From Octopus sinensis (taxonomy: Eukaryota): a stretch of DNA of 64,000 nucleotides. Position 1 is the first letter of the stretch. The number at the start of each line of letters is the position of its first letter. The DNA lies in contig NC_043013.1 of NCBI RefSeq assembly GCF_006345805.1, positions 58,652,001 to 58,716,000 on the forward strand, read 5' to 3'. The position numbers and the translations under genes were made by a program. Positions 22,312 to 35,169 of this stretch are shown here, in pieces. The notes beneath the pieces were generated by a model, which had not been told where the DNA came from, searched no databases, and saw nothing but the letters and a program-made list of their open reading frames with translations.

Positions 22312-22895
22312 CTCAGCCCCTCAATCTCCCTAAATATATAGACGCGAACATTATATTATAGTCGCAATTAGTTTAATTTAGAAGATAACGTTTGTAGCTA
22401 CAGACAGTTATATATTTATAATTTACATTCTGTTAATAATCGTTCAATTTCTGTTTCAGCTTCGTGACCTCCTCTCTTTCTTTTCTTTCTCTCTCTGTCT
22501 CTTCAGTTCTCTCAGCCGCTCAATCATCCTAAATCATCCTAAAAAACTAAATATATAGACTCTCTCTCACTCTCTTCTTATCTTTTCTCAGCCGCTCAAT
22601 CTTTTGCATAACCTCCTCTCATTCATTTCTTTCTCTCTCTGTCTCTTCACTTCTCTCGCTCACGCCTCTTTCCTTGTCTCTTCACTTTTCCACTTCTCTC
22701 TGTCACACCATCTTTCCTCTCTCAGCCTCTCAATTTTTCTAAATATATAGACGCGAACATTCTCCTCTCACTCTCTCTTACTCTCTTCTTATCTTCTCTC
22801 AGCTCTCAATCTCTCTAAATACATAGACACTTTCTTTCTCTATTTCTTCTCTGCTCTCTATCACACTGTTAAATTTTAGATATAACTAGATAGAT
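21716..22895 (-). mobile_element. Unclassified repeat module (possible non-autonomous Helitron) upstream of CR1 copy 2
   Basis: Homologous to 8290-9260. Minus strand begins A|TCTATCTAG at the LINE junction and ends ...ATACTAG near 21716. No clear subterminal hairpin. Confidence 0.4.
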
Positions 22896-25800
22896 AAATA
22901 CCTGGAAGACCATGGAATTGGCATTGTTTTCGAGAGCCTGCAATGTGCTGACGGAGATAATTCAAACAACATAATTACAGCTGCGCTGAAGAGCAGTGGA
23001 TACACAAGGAAGTTAGCACAGATAGAGCGAAAGAAACAGGAGTTTACACGCTCCTATGCACTTATAAGATCCCACATTGGCACGCTTGATATCATCTTTG
23101 ACAACAAACAAAGTAAAGATGACAAGGATGGAGGCACGGGTGCAGATGAAGGATTTTACCCCCACTTGGTAGACACCCAGGACAACAAAGACGATTCAAG
23201 TGAGAAACCTGCCTGGGAAGTAAACCCAAGTGCAAGTGCCCCTACCAGCATCAAAAGCCAAAACCATGCAGATGAAAGAGCCAAAAAAGAAGTAAAAGGC
23301 GGAAAAACTAAAAGAAAAACAAAGGATGAAACAGCCAAAGAAGGAAAAGCTAAGACTCAAACAAAACCAAAAGATGAAACAAACCTGACTATCCATATAC
23401 CAAAAAGGATAGAAAGAGACAGCGCACACGCATGTGTAAATTCTACATGAAAGGTGTCTGCTGACATGGAGAGAAAGGTGCACACTGCCGTTTTGCACAC
23501 CAAAGACCCTGTCACATAAACATGAAACAGGGCAGAAACCAACTTCCAAAAGGAAAAGGAATGGACCACGCACCACCTGCCCCAAAACGGAGGTACGCAG
23601 ATGTAGTGCGTGTTACAAACCATCAACATGATATTGAAAGGGCAGCTGCTGAACAAGAATCTTTTTTGTGCATGGCACAAAAGATTGTACAGCAGCTAAC
23701 CAGGCTCCATCAAACTCAAACTCGCAGATGGAACTATCCACAATATACAAGACCACCACAGCAAATAGACCCAAGGTGGACACCACTGGCAATAACACAC
23801 ACATTACCTCGAAGCGCCTACTGAACATAAGAGGACTGCTAACACTCAGTAACAGGACAAAATCCCGTTCTTGAGAGACCTTCTTGCCTGCAATCAAGCC
23901 TTATGCATAGCACTTACGGAAACACACCTGAAACCGGACACAGCAGATGCGGAAATACACATACCAAAGTATGTTGTACTACGGACCGACAGAAAAGAAA
24001 GGAGTCATGGTGGAGTTGTTATGTACATCCGCGAGGACCTCACACACCAGGTCCTTTCGTCATACTCAAATTCGGTGTGTGACACACTAATTGTACATAT
24101 AAGGCAACTCGGTGTAGTTATATGTGCTACATATCGCCCTCCAGATGCCCCAAGCGATGTAGACAAGTTTGAAGACTGCCTTACAAAAATAGAAGAAGTT
24201 CTAGTCACATTAGAACAACACGTAAGTGTACTTCTTATGGGAGACTCCAATCTGCCCAATGTCAGATGGCCCGAGGGCCTTTCTCTCCCAAGAATGACAC
24301 GATGCGAACGAGGACAGGCGAGGTCCCTCCTAAACCTCCTCAACACTGTACATGGAGCAAATAATACTCCAACCAACCAGGGCAGGTAACATACTGGATC
24401 TCTGCTTCACAAATAATATGGATCTCATCCATAATGTGAAAGTGACACCGACACTACTCTCGAATCACAACATGGTAGAGCTGACCATGTACGGGCCAAA
24501 GGAGAGCATGGACATACAGTCTACAAGAAACTCTCAGAATCTTTCCAGCTTCAACTTCCATAAGGCAAACTGGAAACAAATTGAGAAAGAGATCCTCAAA
24601 CAAAACTGGCCTGAATGTCTCTCCTTGCCAGACATCGACATGAAACGTCAACAATCCATGTCTGTAATGCAAGCCATATGCTACAAATGTGTCCCAGAGA
24701 GAAAAGCCACTGTACACAAGAACAAAATCTCCAGAGAAAGGAAAATTCTTATGAGACGGCGTACAAAAGTTTCAAATCTCCTAAACAAACAAATTGAAAG
24801 CAGTGAAAAGTCCCGCCTGAAAATAAAACTGTTGGAAATTGAAAAATGTCTGCAACTCTCCTATGAAAAAGAAAGAGCAGACAAAGAAGCCTGGGCTATA
24901 GACAACATAAAATCTAACACCAGAGCTTTCTACAAGTTTGCCAAAGAAACAGCTGCGGTGAACTGTAGGATAGGGCCACTCCTTCAAAAGGATTGCACAC
25001 TCACAGGAAATCCAATGAGGATAAGTGAAATACTAAATGAGCAATTCAAGAGTATTTTCACTCCACCCCTAGGGCATTTTCAAGGCTATAGATAAAATGA
25101 ACCCAAACTCAGCTACTGGCCACGATGGATTCCCAACAATTCTTCTAAAAGTATGTTCTAGCAAGACCACTGCAGTTCCTCTTTCAGAGCTTCCTTGCAA
25201 CTGGCAAATTTCCAAGAAAACTGAAGGAAGGTAAAATATGCCCTATTCATAAAGGAGGTAGCAGAGCAGAGGCCAAGAACTACAGACCTATCTGTCTGAC
25301 CTCACACATCAGCAAGGTCATGGAACGAATAGTCAGAAGGAAACTAATCACCTTCCTTGAAGAAAATGACTTGCTGCCTGACACCCAACATGGTTTCCGA
25401 CCAGGAAGAAGCTGCCTAGCTGAGCTCCTACAACACCATGACTGGGTGCTGAAACGACTGCTCAACCACTCACATGTAGAAGTGATATATCTCGACTTTG
25501 CAAAGGCCTTTGATAAAGTCGATCATGGAATGATATGTCACAAACTGCGTGATCTTGGCATAGTTGGAAAATTGGGAGAATGGCTTCATGACTTTCTGAA
25601 GGATAGAAGTCAGGTGGTAGTAGCCAATGGGGCCATCCCCAATAACACGCAAATAGTGAGTGGTGTTCCGCAAGGCACTGTTTTGTGACCACTACTGTTC
25701 ATAATGGCCCTCTCAGACATGCCCTCAGCCACGCAGAGAGCCACGATCACAAGTTATGCAGATGATACAAATGTTTCACAGGCAATACAGAACCCTGATG

Positions 25801-26715
25801 ACACTATGCACCTGCAATGTGAGCTGGACAAAATATACAAATGGGCTGAAAAGAATAGCATGCAGTTCAATGCTGAAAAATTTCAAGCTTTATGCTATCA
25901 GCATGCAATACCCATTAAATACACGGGACCTGGAGGGATTGCAATCCCAGAGGCACAGTCAGTGCGAGACCTGGGTATTTACATGAGTGATGATACAACC
26001 TTTCATGTGCATGTTGCTAAATTGGCAATGAAATGTAGGCGGCTGACCGGATGGATTCTTAGAACCTGTAGGGAACCATGATGGTCCTCTGGAGGACACT
26101 TATCCTAAGCCACTTTGACTATTGCTCTCAGCTATGGTCACCATTCAGTGTCAGGTTAATCACAGAACTTGAGGCGATCCAACGAAGCTATACGAAGAAG
26201 ATAGCCTCTGTGCAGCATATAAGCTACTGGGAAAGACTCAAGATATTAAGACTGTATTCCTTAGAGCGTAGGCGAGAAAGATATGCCATAATATACATCT
26301 GGAAGATCCTGGAAGGACTTGTCGCAAGCTTTGGCATCGAGAGTTACACAAATGCTAGAACTGGGCGCCACTGCATAGTGCCAAGGACTCCAAACTTGCC
26401 AGGACGAGATACTGTGATAGCCTGGGCTTCAGAGGCCCACAGCTCTTCAATATCCTCCCGAAGAACCTGAGCGACCTGCATGGGTGGATGCAGATGTCTT
26501 TAAAATAAAACTGGATCTCTTCCTGTCAGGTGTCCCAGATGAACCAACTTCACGGCAGGAGGTTCAGATGAGGGCAGCTGCATCGAACTCTCTCATGCAC
26601 CAAATGGCAATTGCTAAAAATGCATTCCTGAAGTAAAATCATGTAGCAACACCAAATGGTGATGCCCCAGCATGGCCACAGCTCGTGAGCTGAAACTAGA
26701 TAAAATAAAATAAAA
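22896..26715 (+). mobile_element. CR1-clade LINE copy 2, disabled
   Basis: Colinear with 9261-12970 (offset 13635 at the 5' end) with the same APE/RT motifs (LDFAKAFDKV, YADDT) and the same 3' tail, but different internal deletions. Confidence 0.92.
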
Positions 26716-27430
26716 TTTTAAAATATATATATATATACATACATACATACATACATACATACATACATACACACATACATACATACACAAACACATATAT
26801 CTAATCCATGCACAAACTTGATGCAAAGAAGTATCACGTGATATCGTGACCGCCCAGACTATCGGATGTTGTTATACACCGCTGGCCACAATGCGCTTTG
26901 CTTTGTTTTAGCGAGCAGGTCAACACATACCTTTGATCAGAAGGCGGGTTTGTCGCAGGGAATTCCCATTTACAGCTCTACAGCTTTAGTAAGTTCTTCA
27001 TAAACTTATCAATCAACAAACTGCTTATGTCTCTCGTCCAGCGTAAAATGTTCTTCCACCTGCTAAGCTTTACGATAATAAAGTATTTCAAATATACAGA
27101 TTCATAAAGAAAATACAAGGGACACATGGCAACAAAATGCGGTGTGTATGCAAAATAGAATTGTGCATGTGTGTATATATGTGTATGTATGAGGGTGTAG
27201 ATATGTGTCCATCCATGTACATTAGTGCCTGTAATTGTAAGAATGTATATATGTGTGTACATTTGTAAGTTTCTGTGTGTTAGTTTCTGAGTTTGCTAAC
27301 TTGTTTGTTTCTATGCATGAAGTTATATGCGTATCTATGTGTATCCAGGAGTGTCCCTATGTCTGTGTGTGCGCGTGCGCGATTTTGCAATATTTTAAGT
27401 AATTTTTTTTTGTTCTGTACTTTACCAGAT

Positions 27431-27495
27431 GAACTTTTCCAAGTCCTGAACTTTTCCAAGTCCTGGACTTTTCCAAGTCCTGGACTTTTCCAAGT
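27431..27495. repeat. 17-bp tandem repeat x3.8 (G[A/G]ACTTTTCCAAGTCCT)
   Basis: Direct reading. Confidence 0.9.
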
Positions 27496-28133
27496 GTAAT
27501 AACTTGTCCTGTAATTTTCCTGATTTATATGTTAAGAATATTATTTCTCTTGATCGCATTTTTCGATATAATCCATGCTTTTTCCAGCTTATGCTATTTT
27601 GCTAATTAATAACGTGTTAACTATGTCAATTAGCGGTATCGTTGATAAATTTTTCTTTATCTCAATGACGCCGGTGCCATATATAAGTCTCCTTACAGAA
27701 CTATATTCATAAAAATGAATAGAACTATATTATCAGCCTCAAATTTGGGAAACAAACACGCATAACTTTTTTTTTTCCAAAGCTTCATTGGCTGAGATTG
27801 GTTCTATGAAATTCATCGAATTGCGCTCTCACAGTTAAGCTTAATATATAGTTACTATATACCGTTGAATAGGCGCAATATATTTCCAAATAAACTTGTA
27901 ATTCGAATATTTTCAGGAAACCAATAATCGCTGGTATATCGATGATACATTTTTATTAATGCTACATTTTTATGTAGCATTGCGATGAGGAAGTAAAAAA
28001 TTAATCTTTTGAAAAATTTGAAGAAAAATGGAATAAGGATTAAGGGAAGAAGGGAACTAAAGCGTGGCGACAGAGAAAAAGCTAAGGCTTATATTTTGAA
28101 TATCGTGAATTAATATAGAATTTTTGCTAGTTA

Positions 28134-28522
28134 AGGCGGCGAGCTGGTAGACACATTAGCACGCCGGGCGAAATGTTTATCGGTATGCACTGGAGTCGAT
28201 AATCAAATTCCGCCGAGGTCAACCTTGCCTTTCATCCTTTCGGGGTCGATTAAATAAGTACCAGTTACGCACTGGGGTCGATGTAATCGACTTAATCCGT
28301 TTGCCTGTCCTTGTTTGTCCTCTCTGTGTTTAGCCCCTTGTGAGTAGTAAAGAAATAGGTATGTTGTCTGCCGCTACGTTCTGAGTTCGAATTCCGCCGT
28401 GCTCGACTTTGCCTTTCATACTTTCGGGGTCGATAAATTAAGTACCAGTCGCGTACTGAGGTCGATCTAATCAACTGGCCCTTTCCCCAAGAATTTCGGG
28501 CCTTGAGCCTAGAGTTGAAAAG
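28134..28522 (+). mobile_element. SINE family A copy followed by a 5'-truncated copy with a different tail
   Basis: First copy 28134-28361 with the standard tail ...AAAGAAATAGGTAT. The second resumes just after the internal GGTAT motif and ends in CCCCAAGAATTTCGGGCCTTG. Confidence 0.85.
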
Positions 28523-28634
28523 AATTTTTGTTACTTAATGGATTAATTTAAGCAACCAAAACTGGTGATGATATTTTTGTCATGGTAGTAAAGCTTTACA
28601 GTTCACAGCAAATCTAAGATATACGTGTGTGTAT

Positions 28635-28930
28635 GGAGGAGCAATGAACTCTGTGTGGTTAGGGCAGTGGACTCGCGGTCGTAAAATCGCGGTTTTGATT
28701 CCCAGTTCAGTCGTTGTCAGTGTTTGAGCGAAAACACCTAAAGCACCACAAGGTCCGGCAGTGGGGAGTGGCGAACCCTGCTGTACTCTTTCACCACAGC
28801 TTTCTCTCTTCCTGCTTCTGTCGTACCTGTATTTCAAAGCGCCACCTTTGTCACACTCTGTGTGACGAGAAGGCTATTCCGTTGATTGGATCAGCTGGAA
28901 CCCTCGTCGTCGTAACCGACGGAGTGCCAC
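28635..28930 (+). mobile_element. CORE-type SINE family B
   Basis: tRNA-like head GTGGTTAGGGCAGTGGACTCGCGG; tail GGAACCCTCGTCGTCGTAACCGACGGAGTG. Confidence 0.8.
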
Positions 28931-28934
28931 GATT

Positions 28935-29295
28935 TATAGGTGTGACTGTGGGTTAAGACGTTTCCCAACTACATGGCTCCGGATGCAGTCCCACTGCATG
29001 TCACCTTGGGCGTGTGTTTTCTGCTATAGCCTTGTGAATGGATTTAGTAGACGGAAACTCAAAAGAAGCCCGTCGTATGTGTGTGTGTGTGTGTGTTCTC
29101 TACTGTCGCTTGACAATTTGTGCCTGTGTGTTTGCGTATCTGTAACTTATCGGTTCAGCAAAGAGAACCGATAGAATAAGTACCAGGCTTATGGAAAAAA
29201 TAAGTACTGTGGTTAATTTGTTCGACTCAAATTCTTCAAGTCCGTGCCGATGGCTGCAGTCGGATGAGTGAGACGTAAACGATAAAAGATAAAAG
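28935..29295 (+). mobile_element. CORE-type SINE family C
   Basis: CAGTCCCACTGCATGTCACCTTGGG (B box/CORE), GACGGAAACTCAAAAGAAGCCCGTCG, internal (TG)n. Related copies at 19.2, 41.4 and 53.0 kb. Confidence 0.75.
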
Positions 29296-30303
29296 ATCTA
29301 TATATATATGTTAATATTTAGACCCACACACACACAGCATATAGCGAATATGTAATGCAGTCATTTAGCTGTATTAAATATCATTAACTACAGGAAGGAA
29401 TTCCATGCAGGTGTTTCTCCCATATTTTCGCTCCATTACACCATAATTCTGTTGTTATATTTCTAATTCGATATCATTACGTTTTAATATATTTAATACT
29501 TTCAAATGATCGCACCAATCACATTTCCCATCACTCACAATCTTCTTTACGTTTACTGTCACTCACCTTCACTCTGTCTGTCTCCCTCTTGCTCTCGCTC
29601 TCTCTCTCTCTCTCTCTATCTGTCTTTCTCTGTCTTTCTCTCTCTTTCTTTCTCTCCCTCCCTCCTTCTCTCTCTATCTCTCTCTATCACTTTAGCCCTG
29701 TCCCTTGTTCTTCCGCTTTCACATGTTTCAGCTCTCCTTCTTCTTGCACTCTTAATCACTCCCTTTCGCTCTCTCTTTCTGTCTCTTTCATTCTCACTTT
29801 CTCCCCCTACACCGTTGATATCATTTTCATTTAAAATTCTTTCTGAAATAATCGAAATTTTATTCCTTCTCCTTTTCTATAATTACATCTCTTCTCTTTC
29901 CTATATTCTTCAATTATGTCGTTAACACAGTTTCGTAAAACTTTCTCTTAGAGTTACTCCTAAACCTTCCTCTTCTTGTCGTTTTCTTTTCTCTTGCCCG
30001 GCCTTTCTGTTCCCTTCATTTTATATCTCGAATGCTTATTGCATTTCATTTTAATTTTACTTTTCTTCAACTTTTTAACTTCTTTACTATGCACCTCTTT
30101 CATTTATCACACTTTACGTCCTTAATTTATTTGTGTTCATTGCATCGAAGGTAACTGCCATCTCGATAACCATATTAGGAGTTTATTATGAAAATAGTTA
30201 TGAAAAATCATGATTTTTTTTCAATTAATTTTCGCAATTTTTGTCCTTTTTGCATTAACGTGTTGTACATTAAGTTTTCTTTTCATTTCTTGCATGTCTG
30301 CAT

Positions 30304-30377
<74 letters not shown>

Positions 30378-30591
30378 ATCATAAGTCATGTGATGGATAT
30401 ATGATAGGTCTACTAGGGTGTAAAGAAAATACCTAATCTCGAAACTCTACTGTAAGAATCTCTTCGTATTTTGGCATGTAGAAGTTATATCGGAAGTCTA
30501 CTTGTAAAATTTGCTACAATAACTGGAATTGCAAATGTATATATATATAAATGATATAGGTAACCCGTCACCAAGTGAAACGGAAAGACAA

Positions 30592-30756
30592 ATTTATAAA
30601 CAGGGTACAAAATGGTATCAACATTGCTAGAAACAAGAGCCAAAAACCGACTCCAAAATCCACAAAACGTCACTTCATGCGTTTGTGGCATTTTGAATTG
30701 TTTTTTACTCTTGTTTCTAGTGATGCTGGTACCGTTTTGTATCCTTGTTTATAAAT
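30592..30756 (+). other. 165-bp imperfect hairpin (about 78-bp arms, 10-nt loop)
   Basis: ATTTATAAACA...CTAGAAACAAGAG...CCACAAAACG pairs with CGTTTGTGG...CTCTTGTTTCTAG...TGTTTATAAAT. Confidence 0.85.
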
Positions 30757-32306
30757 ACATACATACCTACATACATATGAGCGTGTGTGTGTGTTCATAA
30801 GCAATTGGAAAAATGTATGAATATATATACAAATCAAACACTGAGGCGAACAAACAAATTCACCAGTGTAAATATGTCCGTAATTTTATTATGTATTTAG
30901 CATTAGATTAGTTGTCTCAACTCTCCTGACAACTAAAGCGTATAACTGTATTTATACATGTATCTGCATGCATCTATATACGTGAGTATGTATAACAATA
31001 TATAATTCTAGATATATACATAGATACCTATATATGTGTGTGTTAGAGCGAGAGAGAGAGAGAGAGAAAGTGTGCGCGCGCGGGCGTAACTATATATATA
31101 TACCTGTGAGAGGTTGTGTGATTTAGTGTAATTCATTCGTCAATTACATATTTCCTTACCGATATTTTTTTTTCTAATCAATAATAAAATGATTTTATTT
31201 TTTGTTTTCATTTATTTTATTTTTATATATTTAAAATATTTTGTTAACCTTTATTTAATGTCTTCTCCCCCACTCTCTCTCTCTCTCTCCCTCTCTCTAA
31301 ATCTTTCTAAATCTCTAGTCATTATTCCTTTTTTTATTATATATTTAATGATTTCCTTAGATGTCAGCTATGACAAGTAGAGAGTAAAATCTAGCCAATA
31401 GCAATAAAAACACACATTGCTGGACATTTTTTTAAACTTTATCTTTGTGCATGCTAGAGTTGTGTCTTGGTCTATGTTATTTGAGCGTTAATCAAATTAG
31501 CTGAAGCTGATTATTTGGTGCTTAGCTCTAGCACCGAATAAAATTTCTATAAAAGATGCAATCTAAGAATTGCTTAGATATTTGTTCAATTTTAGTTCTG
31601 CTGTGTGTTTTGTATATATTTTTATATTTTCTGTCTCTTTTGAAACTGTTGAAGAGAAGTAACCAATAAAGAAAACAGATTTTCCTACTGCTGTTTTTCT
31701 TTCTTTTTTCTGTATTTCTGTTTCTTTTATATCTTAAATATTTCGGTTAGTGGGTTAGACCCTTCCTAGAAGTTATATTATTTTACAAGACCGGAACTTA
31801 ATTTATATCGTTGGCATTACTATGCACAGGGTGTAGTTCCTTTCGCTTCTTTGTGTTCAGATGTGATTCCCCCGCATGGCACCAACGTCAACCGCCTTCG
31901 ACGGTAAACGTGCAGGAACTCACCCGATGGACTGTTCCTGTTTTTGCTTGGGGTCGTTTGGTTTCACACAGCAACCCGACACTTAGCTGTCATTGACAGA
32001 AACCAGCTCTGTTAGAATCTGACAATCCAGGTCTCTGATTTCAGAATACTCTTCTCTCTTCTATGGAGGACTGTGAAAATACTTTTAAGTACCGCCTTTG
32101 TTACATTCCTTTATATTTTTAAATATTACTGACTAATTAGACAGTAAAAATTAGTGCCCTTAAAGCAGCATTTAATTGATTAAAGATCGATTAGAAATTA
32201 ATGTTTTGAGTTAAAGATTACTGTTAGTGTTTAGTACAAAGTAATTCAAAAACTTCTACTAACGGAATGAAGACTTTCGAAATATGCACTCCTTACAAAT
32301 CCCACA

Positions 32307-32394
<88 letters not shown>

Positions 32395-34869
32395 TCACGC
32401 ACATAGTTTAGTGTTCCATTATTTGTCGGGTCAACAAAAGTACTTCATCAAGTGAGAGATAAATATCATTTTATAGATAGTATTTAAATACGACGTACTA
32501 TTAGCTTCAACGTGTACTGCATTTGATAAGTTTAAAATAGACCAGACAGATATTCACAACGGGACTTGGTGAGAACCTTATGGAGACTAATATCTATGAG
32601 AAAAACAAATGTTTCGGAGTGATGGATACATCTCTAGATTTGTAAAGAGACTATCTAGAGTCCACTACCAAAATTCACGGGAACCCGAGAGAAAACAAGC
32701 AGCTTGAGAGGTGTGGTTCTGTCACCACAGTTCATTTCTAAAGAGTGGCTTCATTTGCATATCGGCTGGCAACCTGACCAGGCATGGGGAAAATCGTGAG
32801 ATCATAACTGAAATGGAGATTTGTAAACGCTGAGTGTTCGAGAGTTACATCTGTGAATGCACTCGCAGAAGGAAAGCTGGGCTTCAGAGCCACCTGTATG
32901 CATATGGCTATGCATTTTTGAACGAAAAAATGGCACACTTCTTACAAAAGGGAGTAGTTGGCTTCTATACATATTTGTCAGGTCACACTTATTACTACTA
33001 GTAACAGATAACCTAATACAAAGCATCGCATGGTCGGGCCGTTGGCGATTAAACCGGCAAATCTATTAAAACCTGCTTGCTAAGGAAGACAGCTTTCGTT
33101 ACACATGCTGCTTGATGGAATGTTAAGCTTTTCTAAAAGTAGATGACCACCCAAGTGCCGGGAGTAAGAGGTATTTCACCTTCAATTAGACATCTTTCAA
33201 GTTCATGGCGTTTCTCACTTTATAAATCTTCAGGCAAAGGAATCGCTCGATATTTTGACTTTTTTAATTACATCCTTTTCGTGATGCACATTATGGATGA
33301 TCGCAGTCTAGGAAGGCAAAACGTCCATGATGGAATAAAGGTGCTATTGTTACCACATCTGTGCAAAAGAATGTAGGGCTCTAAAAGGACTGAAAAACAG
33401 TAAAAACACCAATCATGTGATGGCTCTACTCAAAATAGTCACACCCTCTGTGCATGTTGAATTTCAGCGGAATTTTGCTTAGAAAACAAATATTAAATCA
33501 AATCCATGGCAAGGGAAAGTTTCTATCTCTGCTAGAACTTCCATCTACGTTGTCCAATGCGATTTTCTGCTTATGCGACTGTATATTAACGTGTGATTTG
33601 ATGTAATTAGACTGCTATTTCTAATGGGTCTATCCACCATATAAAGGATGCCTTGTTTGTTGGTGGAAACATCTGTTAACATGGCTATACTAGCGGCTCG
33701 TCTCCAAGTACCTGATTTCACATCCTCATTTTGTATGTTTATTATTGTATTCTTATCTTTTCAATGATATTTCAACAAATGAAAAGAAAAAATAATATAT
33801 TTCTATCGGTACGAAAAGGCGATATTGCAATGTGCCTGCATGCATTAAAACTTCCAAATGTTTGCATTCACGGGTACCACTGTGATATTGGTGCCTAAGC
33901 TGTCCATAATGTCAGTTAAAAGATAAGTGGAGCTAGGAAACTTAGAGCTATAATTTTAGGAAATTTATGACCCTTATCTTAGCCCCTAGTGACCCCCAAA
34001 TGATATTGTGTGCTGTCACAGGTAAACATTAGTCCAGACTAATAACTGTAAGACTTTATGACCTTTGATGATTTGATTTACTGGGAAATGTTTACCCAAA
34101 CAATGCAAACGTTCACTGATTAAACTTACAATAACATTCCCCTCTTTCTCTTTCGCACACACTGATTACAGGTGTATGTGCAAAGGTATTTATATGTAGT
34201 CATATCAGAATACAACCATTGATATATAATTAGATACTGTTAGAGCCACGCAGATAACTAAACATACATTTATATATATATATATATATATATATCACAC
34301 ACACACACACACACATATTCGGCAGAGTGAACAAGGTCCGTGCTACGCACACAGAAGTGAACTGGAAAAAATATTCACACGCACACTTTCAAGTATTAGT
34401 TGTGTGTATGTATGTGTGTGTGTGTGTGAGTCATACTAAAACAAGTTCATACATTTTTGTATATATACACATACACACAAATAGATGTGTATGTGTGTGT
34501 GTGTGTTTCACATTTGATGGTGTATTTCACATCTTCCCTAATCGAAGAGTTTTGTTTTTGTTGTTCTTTTTCAAATAAATGCGACATTACTATCTCAGTT
34601 GCGGAATGAAAATTTAACGAGATAAAAAAATTCGATAGAGACGTGTTTAACCTTCTACAGATACTGCTACTAGAATCAAGACCGGACGGGGCTGCCGATT
34701 ACATCGATCCAAGTATTTCATAGTTTTCTCAAGAGAGAGGAAGATGAAAGGCAAAGTCAATCTCGGGGTGATTTGAATTCAGAACGTAAAGAGTTCCAAG
34801 AAATGCCACTCAAATTTTGTCTGTTGGATTTTGCCAAATAACTGCTTTCACAATGGTTTCAAATTTTGG

Positions 34870-35060
34870 CACAAGGCAAGGAATTTCGAGGGAATGTCGA
34901 ATACATCGTCACCGGTGCTCGACTGTTATCTATATTATCGACCCCTCAAGGATGAAAGGTAAAGTCGACCTCTGCAGAATTTGAACTCAGAACTTAAAGA
35001 CGAACGAAATACCGCTAAGCATTTCGCCCAGCGTGCTAACGATTCTGCCAGCTCACCGCC

Positions 35061-35061
<1 letters not shown>
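34870..35061 (-). mobile_element. SINE family A copy (a second, degenerate copy lies at about 34660-34845)
   Basis: Reverse complement of GGCGGTGAGCTGGCAGAATCGTTAGCACG...GAGTTCAAATTCTGCAGAGGTCGACTTTACC; abuts (TAA)n. Confidence 0.85.
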
Positions 35062-35122
<61 letters not shown>

Positions 35123-35169
35123 GGATAATAATGTTTTCTTTATTAAACACTATCCGTGCACAAAACACA

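Noticed and set aside
31725-31780. Minus-strand CTAGGAA-GGGT...AACC-GAAATAT motif
   Set aside because: Core has several mismatches and helix II is poor; at most a decayed relic.
32720-33720. About 1 kb of unique, coding-looking sequence with broken frames
   Set aside because: Stops in all frames and no recognisable domain; could be an old transposase, but needs blastx.
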